Source: Thermoproteota archaeon
GTDB taxonomy: Archaea; Thermoproteota; Thermoprotei_A; EX4484-217-1; JAPDJV01
Direction of reading: 5' to 3'
Assembly (NCBI GenBank): GCA_029258925.1
Contig: JAPDJV010000001.1
Coordinates: forward strand, 9,885-73,884
DNA length: 64,000 bases
The number at the start of each line of letters is the position of its first letter. The first letter of the stretch is position 1. The translations under genes and the position numbers were made by a program. Under the pieces are notes generated by a model, which worked only from the letters and a program-made list of their open reading frames with translations, made no database searches and was not told the origin of the DNA. Positions 1 through 9,494 of the stretch are shown here, piece by piece.

Positions 1-93
1 GCAGGGTGAAAGCATTTTCTTGATTAGAAGTCTTGAGAGGGTGTTTCCCAAGGCGATTCTCGTAATCCTCACTATATCCGATTCCAATGACAT
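1..93 (-). CDS. hypothetical protein, N-terminal fragment only (gene continues beyond window start)
   Basis: Reverse strand reads ATG..MSLESDIVRITRIALGNTLSRLLIKKMLSPC open to position 1; not in the ORF track because it is truncated. Confidence 0.15.
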   Translation of the reverse strand, partial: MSLESDIVRITRIALGNTLSRLLIKKMLSPC

Positions 94-198
94 AATCTCT
101 ACCCTCTGTAGCTCGTGCTACATCGAATATTCCTTTTTTGAATATAGAATTTAAACAGCGAATATTTAACTCTTCCCGTAATAGATTGTTTGGAAATG

Positions 199-1374
199 TT
201 AGCTGAAAGTAGACTTGTAGAGAAGCGTTATTGATGCTAGCTGGGTTATAAGAGCGTATAGTGCGGAAATCTCCACAAGCCCGCTGTCCAATAAGAGACC
301 GTAAACGTATCCGCTGACAAGGTATCCGAGACCATAGAGGGAATTGAATATTCCATACGCTGTCCCCCTGACTCCTACTGGAACAGTGTCTGAGACCGCT
401 GCTCTATACGTAGACTCCTGCATTCCAAGTATTATGCCGAAGACTATAGATGCCACTATGATATTCCATAAACCTCCTGTAACAGCTAGTATTGGAGGTA
501 TTATGGACAAGGCGAAGGGGATTACCAGTATTTTCATGCCGAAAACGTCGTACGCATAGCCAGATATGATGGCGGAAACAGCGTCTACAGCTTGAACAAA
601 TAGGTATAGGAGAGGAATAGCCCACGAGGCCATTATTGGGGAAGCCTTATACAATATTAATAGTATGTGGATAAGCCCCAACGTATTGAAGAATACTGCC
701 ATAGTATATATTTTAAATCTTAACGGCAATTTAGCCCCCTTCTCTCCACCCCTAGCAGCGGCACTTGGCACCATTGAAGACGTGTACGTTTTAAGGTTGG
801 AATAGGTGAGTGTTAACACCAGCATTAATATCGCGTAGGGTATTATTAAGACAATGAAGGAGTTACTGTAGTTGCCTGTGACGAGCAATGTTAATGCTAC
901 TATACCCGGTCCTAAAATGGCTCCAATCTGGTCTAGGAGTTCGTGGAGACCGAACGCCTTTCCAGACCCTACACTACTACTTATTACTGAGAGGAGGGTG
1001 TCTCTAGCTGGAGATCTAAGCGCTTTAGCTATTCTCTCCACTAAAATCAATATTATTGCTATTTGCCATAAGTTGGCGAAGGCCAGTAGGGGGATCGACA
1101 CTAGGAGTCCGTAGCCTAGGAAAACTAGGAGCCAATAAGTTCTCTTCACGTCCGCTATGTATCCGCTTACGAGGCGAAGAGCATATCCTAGGAAGTCTCC
1201 TAGACCTCCAACTACTCCTACTACCACAGCAGTTGCCCCAAGGGTTTCGAGGTATGGTGATATTATTCCACGAGCACCCTCATATATGATGTCTCCTAGA
1301 AGGCTTATTAAGCCGAAAGAAATTATCCCCATGTACGCTATTCTCTCCACACTCTTCAAGACAATCCCCTTCAC
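199..1374 (-). CDS. major facilitator superfamily (MFS) transporter
   Basis: 391 aa, highly hydrophobic with about 12 predicted TM segments and a central loop; start overlaps the stop of the upstream PGI/PMI gene (operon). Confidence 0.5.
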   Translation of the reverse strand: MKGIVLKSVERIAYMGIISFGLISLLGDIIYEGARGIISPYLETLGATAVVVGVVGGLGDFLGYALRLVSGYIADVKRTYWLLVFLGYGLLVSIPLLAFANLWQIAIILILVERIAKALRSPARDTLLSVISSSVGSGKAFGLHELLDQIGAILGPGIVALTLLVTGNYSNSFIVLIIPYAILMLVLTLTYSNLKTYTSSMVPSAAARGGEKGAKLPLRFKIYTMAVFFNTLGLIHILLILYKASPIMASWAIPLLYLFVQAVDAVSAIISGYAYDVFGMKILVIPFALSIIPPILAVTGGLWNIIVASIVFGIILGMQESTYRAAVSDTVPVGVRGTAYGIFNSLYGLGYLVSGYVYGLLLDSGLVEISALYALITQLASITLLYKSTFS

Positions 1375-2360
1375 TACAGCACGTTCGAAATAGCCTTCTT
1401 ATACCTCTCTATACTAATCGTTCTTATAGGATCTATCCCCCTCTTCTCAGCTAGCACTATTGATACTAGCCCAGCTATCAGGCTACCATAAACTAATTGG
1501 GATAAAAGATTTTCTCCAATACACTCCAGTACTTCAACTCTAAGTCCAATACTTTTATAGTACTCCGCCGCGTAGTCAAGCATATGGTTAGAGACCTCGT
1601 CTCCCCCTTTTCTAGACCTCAATATTATGGCAGTGTATTCCCTAGAGTAGGGCATCTCCCATCCAACAATATCATTGTGACCCCATTCTGGAACAACTTC
1701 GACTTTCACGGGTATCTTAGAGTTCTCGTTTAGCTCGTTTTTAAATCTTAAAGCAAGAGGATAGTAATCGGTGTAAGATATTATTATCGGCATTTTGCCC
1801 TCAATACTCTCTACAATAGAGTCTACTTTACTCCAGTCAACGGGCCTCCTCAATATATCAATAGAGTCCTTAATGTTCTCTTCCGAAACAATCTCTATAC
1901 TGACTTTGTTTAAAGATCCTAGTACAGAGTACAGCATTGCTGGGAGAGAAGCTCTGGGGACGAGGCCTTTAACTAATGGTATGAATGCCACGTTTTTCTC
2001 GGAAGCCAGCTTCTCTAATGTACCATTTGACGAAAAAGCCAGTATGTTCATTTTCCTCATCAAAGCTTCATTAAAACACTTAATTGTTTCACCAGTATTC
2101 CCAGAATAGCTTATGCAAACTAGCAGGTCTTCCCCAGAAGCCCAGCTTGGAAGTTTATAGTCTTTAACAACTACTACTGGTATATTTAATTGATAGTTTC
2201 CTAGGACTTTGACGTAGTCTCCGATAATACCTGAGCCGCCCATCCCAGCAAAAACGATGCACCTGGGCTTAGGGTATTTAGGGAGATCGATTTCCCTTAC
2301 TATTCTTAAAGCCTCTTCTGCCTGTTTAAACCAGTTCAAATAGATTTCACGCATGCTCAC
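1374..2360 (-). CDS. bifunctional phosphoglucose/phosphomannose isomerase (SIS domain, archaeal PGI/PMI family)
   Basis: 328 aa; N-terminal SIS-fold motif FAGMGGSGIIGD; size and layout typical of crenarchaeal PGI/PMI. Confidence 0.55.
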   Translation of the reverse strand: MSMREIYLNWFKQAEEALRIVREIDLPKYPKPRCIVFAGMGGSGIIGDYVKVLGNYQLNIPVVVVKDYKLPSWASGEDLLVCISYSGNTGETIKCFNEALMRKMNILAFSSNGTLEKLASEKNVAFIPLVKGLVPRASLPAMLYSVLGSLNKVSIEIVSEENIKDSIDILRRPVDWSKVDSIVESIEGKMPIIISYTDYYPLALRFKNELNENSKIPVKVEVVPEWGHNDIVGWEMPYSREYTAIILRSRKGGDEVSNHMLDYAAEYYKSIGLRVEVLECIGENLLSQLVYGSLIAGLVSIVLAEKRGIDPIRTISIERYKKAISNVL

Positions 2361-2452
2361 ACCTTATACTAGAAATAGGAAATGGCCTAGCTATTATATA
2401 TTGTACTACAAAATGATTAATAGAATTACTCCTGAATCGCTACAGATATTTA

Positions 2453-3733
2453 ATGGGATTCAGAGTGTCGTCGTGCTCTCAGCTACTTCCTGGCGAGCTG
2501 GCAATTATAAATATTCTATTTAATATAATGTTATATGGGAATGGTGCTGCTAGAATGCTTGAGGGCATAGCGGAGCTACCATTACATGAAGGCCATGTTC
2601 CACAGTGGTTGATAAGACTTATGAAGAGGCTTTCTAAGGCATTAATAGAGGTTCTTGTAATCGAGTACGGACCTCGTAAAGTTGTTGAGAGGCTCAGTAA
2701 CCCTCTATGGTTTCAGGCGTTCAATAATATCATAGGTATGGACTGGGATAGTAGCGGTTCAACTACTGTGACAACAGGTATTTTAAGAGAGGTTTCATGG
2801 AAGAGTGATCTGGGGATACTTGTTTTGGGAGGTAAGGGTAGGAGAGCTAGGAGGATTCCCGAAGAACTTGAGAGGGCTGTTGAAAAGCTGGGTTTAAGCG
2901 ATGAATATGTTAAACGGTTGAGAGATGTTTCGAGGATAATAGCTAAAGTAGACTCCTCTCTCTTACAAGATGGTTACCAGCTTTACCATCAAGCACTTAT
3001 TTTGTCTGAGGACGGTTCTTGGAGCATAGTACAGCAGGGCATGAACATTGAAGCTAGGATGGCCCGTAGATATCATTGGTTTTCTGAAGGTCTAAGAAGC
3101 CTTGTTGAGGAGCCGCACAGGGGCATTGCATGCAGTAGGAGGGAGAACAGGATTATCAATTTAGTTGCGTCTGAGAGTAGGAGGGTTAGATCAATAATAT
3201 TGGATCTCCTCAAAGAACCCCCACGGAAAACCCTTAATCTCATAGGTGAAGCATACAGGGTGTCCAAAGGATATAGGAGTATTCTTGAGTGGACTACACA
3301 CGCGAGTAAAGTTGTCATATTGAAAAAAGATAGATTAGCCTACTATAAGCCTCTGCCAAACCCCCTCAAACTTAAGGGGATCCTTGAAAGCGCATACGAG
3401 TTGAGACCTAGGAGGCTAGAAGAAGCTCTCCTCATTAAGGGCTTAGGCCCCGAAACTATTAGAGCACTTGCTCTAATATCTGACCTAATATACAGGGAGC
3501 CCCCCTCCTGGAGAGACCCTGCTAACTATCCCTACGACCCATTTAAATACGCATATGCTTTCGGAGGAAAAGACGGGGTACCCTATCCTATTAAAAGGGA
3601 GGAAATGGAGAGGATTCTAGAAATGCTGGAGAAAGCTGTTGATGAGGCCAAGCTTGAGGGAGGAGAGAGATCCATGCTTATTAGGAGGCTTAGGTCCATG
3701 AGAAACAATCTAGAACGTTATGAAAACTGTTGA
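2453..3733 (+). CDS. conserved hypothetical protein (possibly DUF763-like); true start probably internal Met
   Basis: 426 aa soluble ORF, GMDWDSSGSTT motif, Arg/Lys-rich C-terminus; no recognisable catalytic motif. Confidence 0.3.
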   Translation: MGFRVSSCSQLLPGELAIINILFNIMLYGNGAARMLEGIAELPLHEGHVPQWLIRLMKRLSKALIEVLVIEYGPRKVVERLSNPLWFQAFNNIIGMDWDSSGSTTVTTGILREVSWKSDLGILVLGGKGRRARRIPEELERAVEKLGLSDEYVKRLRDVSRIIAKVDSSLLQDGYQLYHQALILSEDGSWSIVQQGMNIEARMARRYHWFSEGLRSLVEEPHRGIACSRRENRIINLVASESRRVRSIILDLLKEPPRKTLNLIGEAYRVSKGYRSILEWTTHASKVVILKKDRLAYYKPLPNPLKLKGILESAYELRPRRLEEALLIKGLGPETIRALALISDLIYREPPSWRDPANYPYDPFKYAYAFGGKDGVPYPIKREEMERILEMLEKAVDEAKLEGGERSMLIRRLRSMRNNLERYENC

Positions 3734-3822
3734 TCCAACATGCAGGCTTTTTGTAGAATTATTATAATTGGATTTCTAGCTTGTGAACAGATTTATATGT
3801 GCTATTGCACGTAATCTAAGCG

Positions 3823-4260
3823 GTGAAACACTTGTATAGAGGTGGACCCGGCAGGGGTATGGGTAGGGGAGGGTGGATCCAACCACCTTCAGGCATGCCC
3901 CAAATACCATTACCCCCAAACACGTATAGGGTAGTTACTACAACAATGGATGATAGGGGAGTGGAGTCACTTATAGCTCAACGCTTTACTAGAGCTCCGT
4001 TCATAATGGTGATCGATATTGTAGATGGTAGAGTGGTCAATGTCCAAGCCTTCTCGAATCAGTTCGCTAATTACCCCAGAGGAGCTGGGATAATGTTTTC
4101 ACAATGGATAGCGTCTATTGGTGCTAGAGCAGTACTAGCTTCAAACGTTGGCCCGAATGCAAGCTACGTTCTCCAGCAGGCTGGCATAGCAGTGCACATA
4201 GTGCCTCCTGGAACAAGAATTATTGATGCTCTAAGAAGTTTAGGCATCGCGAGGATGTAG
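3823..4260 (+). CDS. NifX/NifB-C-terminal-like dinitrogenase FeMo-cofactor-binding domain protein
   Basis: C-terminal ~100 aa (RAPFIMVID..GAGIMFSQWIASIGARAVLASNVGPNASYVLQQAGIAVH) matches the NifX/NafY/NifB-C fold; N-terminal 40 aa Gly/Arg/Pro-rich, so real start may be Met at 3946. Confidence 0.5.
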   Translation: MKHLYRGGPGRGMGRGGWIQPPSGMPQIPLPPNTYRVVTTTMDDRGVESLIAQRFTRAPFIMVIDIVDGRVVNVQAFSNQFANYPRGAGIMFSQWIASIGARAVLASNVGPNASYVLQQAGIAVHIVPPGTRIIDALRSLGIARM

Positions 4261-4264
4261 TTCT

Positions 4265-5149
4265 ATGGAGATCGTTGTAGCAAGCGGTAAAGGTGGAACT
4301 GGTAAAACGTTCGTCTCCTCGAATCTAACTTATTTTTTGAGGTCGCTTGGAGCTAAAGTGGTTGCTGTAGATGCTGATGCAGAAGCCCCGGACCTCCTCC
4401 TAGCCCTGGGAGGAGCTTCCGAGAATGTTTATTCGAGAGAAGTCTATAGGTCGCGTAAAGCTGTAATAGACCACGGGAGATGTGTCTCCTGCATGAAGTG
4501 TTTTGAGACTTGCAGATTCAATGCTATAGAGTTATCCAATGGCAAACCCGTTGTTGTTGAAGAGTACTGTGAGGGATGTGGTGCTTGCAGTATTGTTTGC
4601 CCAAGCAATGCTATAAGCTTTGTAGTTAAACGAACAGGTTTAATCAGCTGCGATGTTTCAAAATATGGAATTAAAGTTGTAACAGCCGATCTGGAAGTTG
4701 GTGGAAGAAATACGGGGGAACTGGTTTACATGGCTAAAGAAGAGGCGCATAGAATTGCTGATAGCGAGGGAGCGAAGTACATTGTTGTGGATGCTGCAGC
4801 GGGCATAGGGTGCCCAGTTATATCCAGCTTAGCTGGAGCAGACATATTGATAGTAGTAGTGGAGCCCTCACCCCAGTCGCTTAAGGGTGCCAGAAGACTC
4901 TTAGAAGTAGCGGAGTCTTTTAGGACAAGAAACCTCCTCATATTAAACAAGTACGATTTAAACCCCAATTTCTCCGAAAAAGTTGCTTCAACACTTGGAA
5001 TAGAGGTTTTAGGTAAAATACCCTACGACTACACTATTGTGAAAGCATATGCTAGCATGACACCATTTTTAGCCTATAGTAGTGGGGGGAGAGCTCTTAA
5101 ACCACTCGTAGAATCCTTTAGAACACTCTATGAAGGTGTTTTAAAGTGA
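4265..5149 (+). CDS. MinD/Mrp-superfamily P-loop ATPase with inserted 2x[4Fe-4S] ferredoxin domain (COG1149-like)
   Basis: Deviant Walker A GKGGTGKT; two CxxCxxCxxxC(P) motifs (CVSCMKCFETC, CEGCGACSIVCP). Confidence 0.7.
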   Translation: MEIVVASGKGGTGKTFVSSNLTYFLRSLGAKVVAVDADAEAPDLLLALGGASENVYSREVYRSRKAVIDHGRCVSCMKCFETCRFNAIELSNGKPVVVEEYCEGCGACSIVCPSNAISFVVKRTGLISCDVSKYGIKVVTADLEVGGRNTGELVYMAKEEAHRIADSEGAKYIVVDAAAGIGCPVISSLAGADILIVVVEPSPQSLKGARRLLEVAESFRTRNLLILNKYDLNPNFSEKVASTLGIEVLGKIPYDYTIVKAYASMTPFLAYSSGGRALKPLVESFRTLYEGVLK

Positions 5150-6021
5150 CAAAGATAATTACTGTTGCCGGGGGGAAGGGTGGGACAGGTAAGACGACGG
5201 TTGCAGTAAACCTGTCTTATCTCCTATCCAAGAGGGGGAAGACGATTTTAGTTGATGCAGATGTGGAGAATCCATGTGTTCCCGCAACTATAGCTGGGAG
5301 GATCGTAGTTAATAGAATTGTTGAAGTTAAAGGCTTTAAACCTGTATTCGATTACGGGAAATGCGTTAAATGCGGTCTATGCGTTGAAAAATGTCCAGAA
5401 CACTCCTTAACTATGCTGCCCAGTGGAAGAATAATTTACTTTGAAACCCTCTGCTCAGGATGTAGTTCATGTATGCTTGTTTGCCCAGCGAACGCTATAT
5501 CTGAAGGTTATAGATTGGAGGGATTGTTTAGGTTTGGAAGAGCCTTAGACACCATGGATGTTATTGTAGGCGAGATCGTTCCGGGCAATAGGAGAAGCGG
5601 AGTTCTCATAGCTAGGTTGATAGAGGAAAACTTGGAAAACTTTCGTAAATACGATTTCGTGGTAATTGATTCCCCTCCTGGAACGTTTGCAGGAGTATAC
5701 TCAACAATAAAACATGCTGAAACAATTCTGGCCGTTACTGAGCCAACACCTTTAGGGGTAAACGATCTGAGGAAATTCATTAAGCTTGCTCGGAAGTACG
5801 GTAAAGAAGACATTAACGTGGTTGTAAATAAGTATGGAATACCGGGAGGTTCATATGAGGAAATAGAGCGCATAGTGGAGGAATTAGGACTCCGATTATT
5901 TAAAATACCTTACAGTAGAATAGTGTTCGATTCTGTAGTGCGGGGAGTACTAGTAGTGGAGGAGTACCCCGAATCCGATGCAGCGAAAAGTATAGAGAGG
6001 CTAGCGCTCGCACTCTCATAA
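5146..6021 (+). CDS. MinD/Mrp-superfamily P-loop ATPase with inserted 2x[4Fe-4S] ferredoxin domain (paralog)
   Basis: GGKGGTGKT Walker A; CVKCGLCVEKCP and CSGCSSCMLVCP; start GTG overlaps upstream stop (GTGA), translational coupling. Confidence 0.7.
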   Translation: MTKIITVAGGKGGTGKTTVAVNLSYLLSKRGKTILVDADVENPCVPATIAGRIVVNRIVEVKGFKPVFDYGKCVKCGLCVEKCPEHSLTMLPSGRIIYFETLCSGCSSCMLVCPANAISEGYRLEGLFRFGRALDTMDVIVGEIVPGNRRSGVLIARLIEENLENFRKYDFVVIDSPPGTFAGVYSTIKHAETILAVTEPTPLGVNDLRKFIKLARKYGKEDINVVVNKYGIPGGSYEEIERIVEELGLRLFKIPYSRIVFDSVVRGVLVVEEYPESDAAKSIERLALALS

Positions 6022-6152
6022 GTAGCTTGAAACATATATTCCAGTAAAACTGCTATTAGCAATGGTTAAAGGAGGTGCTGGACCGAGTAAAATACTCCAT
6101 GGATTACTTGCGGCAAGCTCTCTATAAAGAGAGCAATGTCTAAAATGTCCTC

Positions 6153-6413
6153 TCAAATGTTTTCGCCAACTAGCACCTCAAATACTGGCGGGTTCTCAGC
6201 AACTATTTTAACACTTAAACCCTTTTTCCTAGCTATAACTCTTATAGTTTCCACAGGGATCCTCCTAGAATCCGTGATAACTTTTATGATTTCCCCTTTC
6301 CTGAGAGTCTTAACAGCTTTCTTTAGCCTTACTAGAGGGTGTTCCGTACATCCTGGGGGAGGCCTCCTTAAATCTATTATAATAATTTCCTCTTCCAATG
6401 GAGAAGTTTCCAT
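6153..6413 (-). CDS. TusA-like sulfurtransferase / sulfur-carrier protein (variant Cys motif)
   Basis: 86 aa; IDLRRPPPGCTEHPLVRLKKAVKTL aligns with TusA LDxRGLxCPxP..kk; C-x-x-x-P instead of CPxP. Confidence 0.5.
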   Translation of the reverse strand: METSPLEEEIIIIDLRRPPPGCTEHPLVRLKKAVKTLRKGEIIKVITDSRRIPVETIRVIARKKGLSVKIVAENPPVFEVLVGENI

Positions 6414-6416
6414 CGC

Positions 6417-6914
6417 CTACTCACTCCCCATTCTCTTATACATTAACTCCACGATCCTCTCCTCCCCTAACGCCTGTAATTCTTCTCTTGTAAGTTTCTC
6501 GGGAAGCCATTTAGACTTGACCTCTCTACTCTTATAGTATTCTCTAATAGCTCTTCTAAGCGCTCCAACTGCTAGTATGCCGCAGTGATACTTTATTGAG
6601 GGTAATCCGCCTAGTTCATCGGATACGTTTTTCCATGAAATATTCCATGCTTCTTCAAGGCTTAATCCCTTTATCATCTCGGTTAGAATGCTGGCTGTAG
6701 CTATGTTAGCTGCACAACCATAACTCTCGAAAGACGCTCTAACAACTGTTTCCTTCCCATCATCTATTTTCAAATATATTGCTATCATGTCTCCGCATGC
6801 AGGGCTACCTGCAATAGCTTTCACGGAGGCATCATCCATGTAACCCATGTTCTTGGGGTTCCTGAACAACTCTATTATTTTATGTGAGTGCGGTAAAGGT
6901 ATTCTAGTGGACAT
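6417..6914 (-). CDS. iscU: Fe-S cluster assembly scaffold IscU/NifU-N-terminal-like
   Basis: FRNPKNMG..GSPACGDMI..FESYGCAANIATASILTEMIKGLSLEEA..YHCGILAVGALRRAI follows the IscU consensus including the three ligand Cys; ~35 aa C-terminal extension. Confidence 0.75.
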   Translation of the reverse strand: MSTRIPLPHSHKIIELFRNPKNMGYMDDASVKAIAGSPACGDMIAIYLKIDDGKETVVRASFESYGCAANIATASILTEMIKGLSLEEAWNISWKNVSDELGGLPSIKYHCGILAVGALRRAIREYYKSREVKSKWLPEKLTREELQALGEERIVELMYKRMGSE

Positions 6915-8139
6915 TCTTGGCCCTCCTTGGCTTTATTGAGCTTATCCTCCTTAACCTATTAATTGATTCTTGTAACACCTTCAAAGTATACTCCACGTCC
7001 TCGGGGCTATGATATCTAGAAAGTTTGAACAGTATGCTTCCATGGGCCTCCTCGTGTCTCCTACCTATGGCTAAGAGGGCGTGGCTTGGTTCTAAGACTC
7101 TACTCGTGCAAGCACTCCCGCTCGAAACATATATTCCGTTAAGGCTTAACTCGATTGTTATAGCCTCTCCCTCAACATATAGGAAACTGACGTTGAGATT
7201 ATCTACAACTCTCTTCTCCCCTAATAGTCCGTTTACGAGTACTTCCTGAATTTCATCGAGTATCCCATTCAATAGCCTTTCTCTAAGCTCTTTAACATAA
7301 GTTACCTGCTTATTGAAGTCCCTGTAAACAAGCTCGGCAGCTTTATGGAACCCCACTATAGATGGTACATTCTCTACTCCCAGCCAAAGCGTTTGAGTGC
7401 TCAGTGCTCCATGGATTATTTTCTCGACTTTAACTCCATTTCTCACATATAGTGCACCTGCGCCTTTAGAAGCCAGTATTTTATGGTTGCTTAAAGTTAG
7501 CATGTCGACTCCAAGATCCTCAACGTTTATTGGAATCCTGCAATAGGCGTCAGCTGCATCAGTGTGAATAAGGGTTTGGGGATTAATTTCTTTAACAATT
7601 CTGCTTATCTCTCTCAAAGGCTGAATTGAACCTATTTCGTGGTTTACCAGTTGAATGCTGACTAGTACAGTGTCTTTGTCTATGAGTATTTCAAGAATAT
7701 CTAGGTCCACTATTCCTTCTTCGTCCACAGGTACTTGAACCACTTTAAAGCCCAGTTGTTCCAGACTATTTGCCGGTAAGAGTACACTGAAGTGTTCTAT
7801 GGCTGAGATAATTACCTTTCACTTCTTCCCTCCAATAGTGCTTCCAATTATTGCGAGATTATTCACCTCAGTACCACTATGTGTGAAGAATATTTCATCT
7901 GGTGAAGCATTTATGCTGCTTGCAATGAACTCTCTTGCTTCTAATAGAGCTTCAAGAGCCTCCCATCCCGGTTTATGAGTTATGGATGGATGACCATATC
8001 CTCTCTCATTGAAATACAGTATCATAGCTTCCAATACTTCCCTAGGAACCCATCCACTATTTTCCAGGTCGTAGTATACTTCCCTCGTAGGCTTTCCATG
8101 AACTCTCAATAACTCCCTTATCTTAGCTGACTCACTCAT
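6904..8139 (-). pseudogene. iscS: cysteine desulfurase IscS/NifS family interrupted by a single in-frame TGA (at 7819..7821)
   Basis: ORFs 7819..8139 (N-term, ..TEVNNLAIIGSTIGGKK*) and 6904..7743 (..LSNHKILASKGAGALYVR.., SGSACTS) are in the same frame; the stop-free reading KK*KVIISAIEHFSVL aligns with IscS KKGKHIITSKTEHKAVL, the TGA falling on a conserved Gly. Confidence 0.65.
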
Positions 8140-8211
8140 AAAATTATCTCTACTCGAATATACATATATAACACTGTTACAAATATCTTTCTAAGAGGAG
8201 GTACAGGAATA

Positions 8212-9447
8212 TTGGCTTTAAACCCTCATTTAATTAGAAGAGACTTCCCCATCTTAAATAGGAAAATCTACGGGAAGAAAATAATCTACTTGGATAATGC
8301 TGCAACATCTCAAAAACCATTACAGGTCATCAACGCTATTAAAAAATTCTATGAGACAAATAACGCGAACATACATAGAGGCGTACATAAGTTAAGCGAT
8401 GAAGCAACAGACTTATACGAGAAAGCTCGGGAGACTGTAGCCTCCTTCATAAATGCCGAGAAGTCTGAGAACATTGTCTTCGTTAGAAATACTACTGAGG
8501 CATTGAACTTAGTTGCATATTCCTGGGGCTTATTTAATGTTAATCCAGGCGATGAAATAGTTTTATCTATCATGGAACACCACAGCAACATGCTTCCGTG
8601 GATCAAACTTGCCGAAGTGAGGAACGCAGTAATTAAAATAGTCGATGTTGACGATTATGGAAGGCTCTCCATTGATGATCTAGAGGAAAAAATAACCGAG
8701 AAAACAAAGCTTGTGGCGATAACCCACATGTCAAACGTTACTGGGGTAATAAACGACGTAAAGAAAGTTACTAGAATAGCCAAGAGGCGGGGGGCAGTAG
8801 TGGTCGTCGATGGAGCACAAAGCGTGCCGCACATGCCAGTCGACGTTAGGAATATTGGAGCAGACTTCATGGCTTTCAGCGGCCACAAAATGCTTGGCCC
8901 AACTGGGATAGGAGTACTATATGTGAGTGAGGAGAGACTTAATGAAATGAACTGTTTTCTAACTGGTGGAGGAGTGATAAAGGAGGTGCACTACGTTAAT
9001 GGAGGGATAAGCGTTAAATGGGCTGAGCCACCATGGCTTCTCGAGGCTGGCACACCTAATATAGCGGGAGCAGTTGGCCTAATGGAGGCAGTCAACTACC
9101 TTAGGAGTGTGGGATTGGAGAACATTAGAAGGCATGAAATTGAACTAGTAAAACACTTACTTGACAGGTTTGCAGACGAGTTCAAAAACATACGTTTATG
9201 CGGTCCCCTAGATATTGTGGATAGGGGTGGAATAGTATCTTTCACTATAGGCTTATTCGATCCCCACAGCACAGCTATATTCCTAGACAGTGAGGGAATA
9301 GCTGTTAGAAGCGGCTTCCATTGTGCACAGCCACTGCACGAAAAGCTAGGATTTACTAGGGGAAGTGTTAGGGCAAGCTTCTACATATATAATACTGTGG
9401 AAGAAGTTGATTTTCTAGTTGAAGCATTGAAGAGAATTGTCCAGTGA
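8212..9447 (+). CDS. SufS/CsdA-type (class V aminotransferase fold) cysteine desulfurase
   Basis: 411 aa; N-terminal RRDFPIL..IYLDNAATSQKP, PLP-lysine context FSGHKMLGPTGIGVLYV, C-terminal GFHCAQP..RASFYIYNT typical of SufS group II. Confidence 0.7.
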   Translation: MALNPHLIRRDFPILNRKIYGKKIIYLDNAATSQKPLQVINAIKKFYETNNANIHRGVHKLSDEATDLYEKARETVASFINAEKSENIVFVRNTTEALNLVAYSWGLFNVNPGDEIVLSIMEHHSNMLPWIKLAEVRNAVIKIVDVDDYGRLSIDDLEEKITEKTKLVAITHMSNVTGVINDVKKVTRIAKRRGAVVVVDGAQSVPHMPVDVRNIGADFMAFSGHKMLGPTGIGVLYVSEERLNEMNCFLTGGGVIKEVHYVNGGISVKWAEPPWLLEAGTPNIAGAVGLMEAVNYLRSVGLENIRRHEIELVKHLLDRFADEFKNIRLCGPLDIVDRGGIVSFTIGLFDPHSTAIFLDSEGIAVRSGFHCAQPLHEKLGFTRGSVRASFYIYNTVEEVDFLVEALKRIVQ

Positions 9448-9494
9448 ACTCTAAGCTTTATATTTGAGTATAACACTGTTATATAGGGTTAGAA

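Noticed and set aside
3823-3945. Gly/Arg-rich (RGG-like) N-terminal extension of the NifX-like protein as a functional domain
   Set aside because: More likely an artefact of choosing the most upstream ATG. NifX-like domain proteins are ~100-110 aa and an internal Met at 3946 fits.
6136-6537. 133-aa plus-strand ORF
   Set aside because: Antisense to the TusA-like and IscU genes; Ser/Leu/Ile-rich low-complexity shadow ORF.
7819-7821. Possibility that the in-frame TGA in iscS encodes selenocysteine or reflects an alternative genetic code
   Set aside because: The aligned position is a conserved Gly in IscS, not Cys/Sec. TGA is used as a true stop in neighbouring genes (for example 5147..5149). 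No SECIS-like hairpin is evident downstream.
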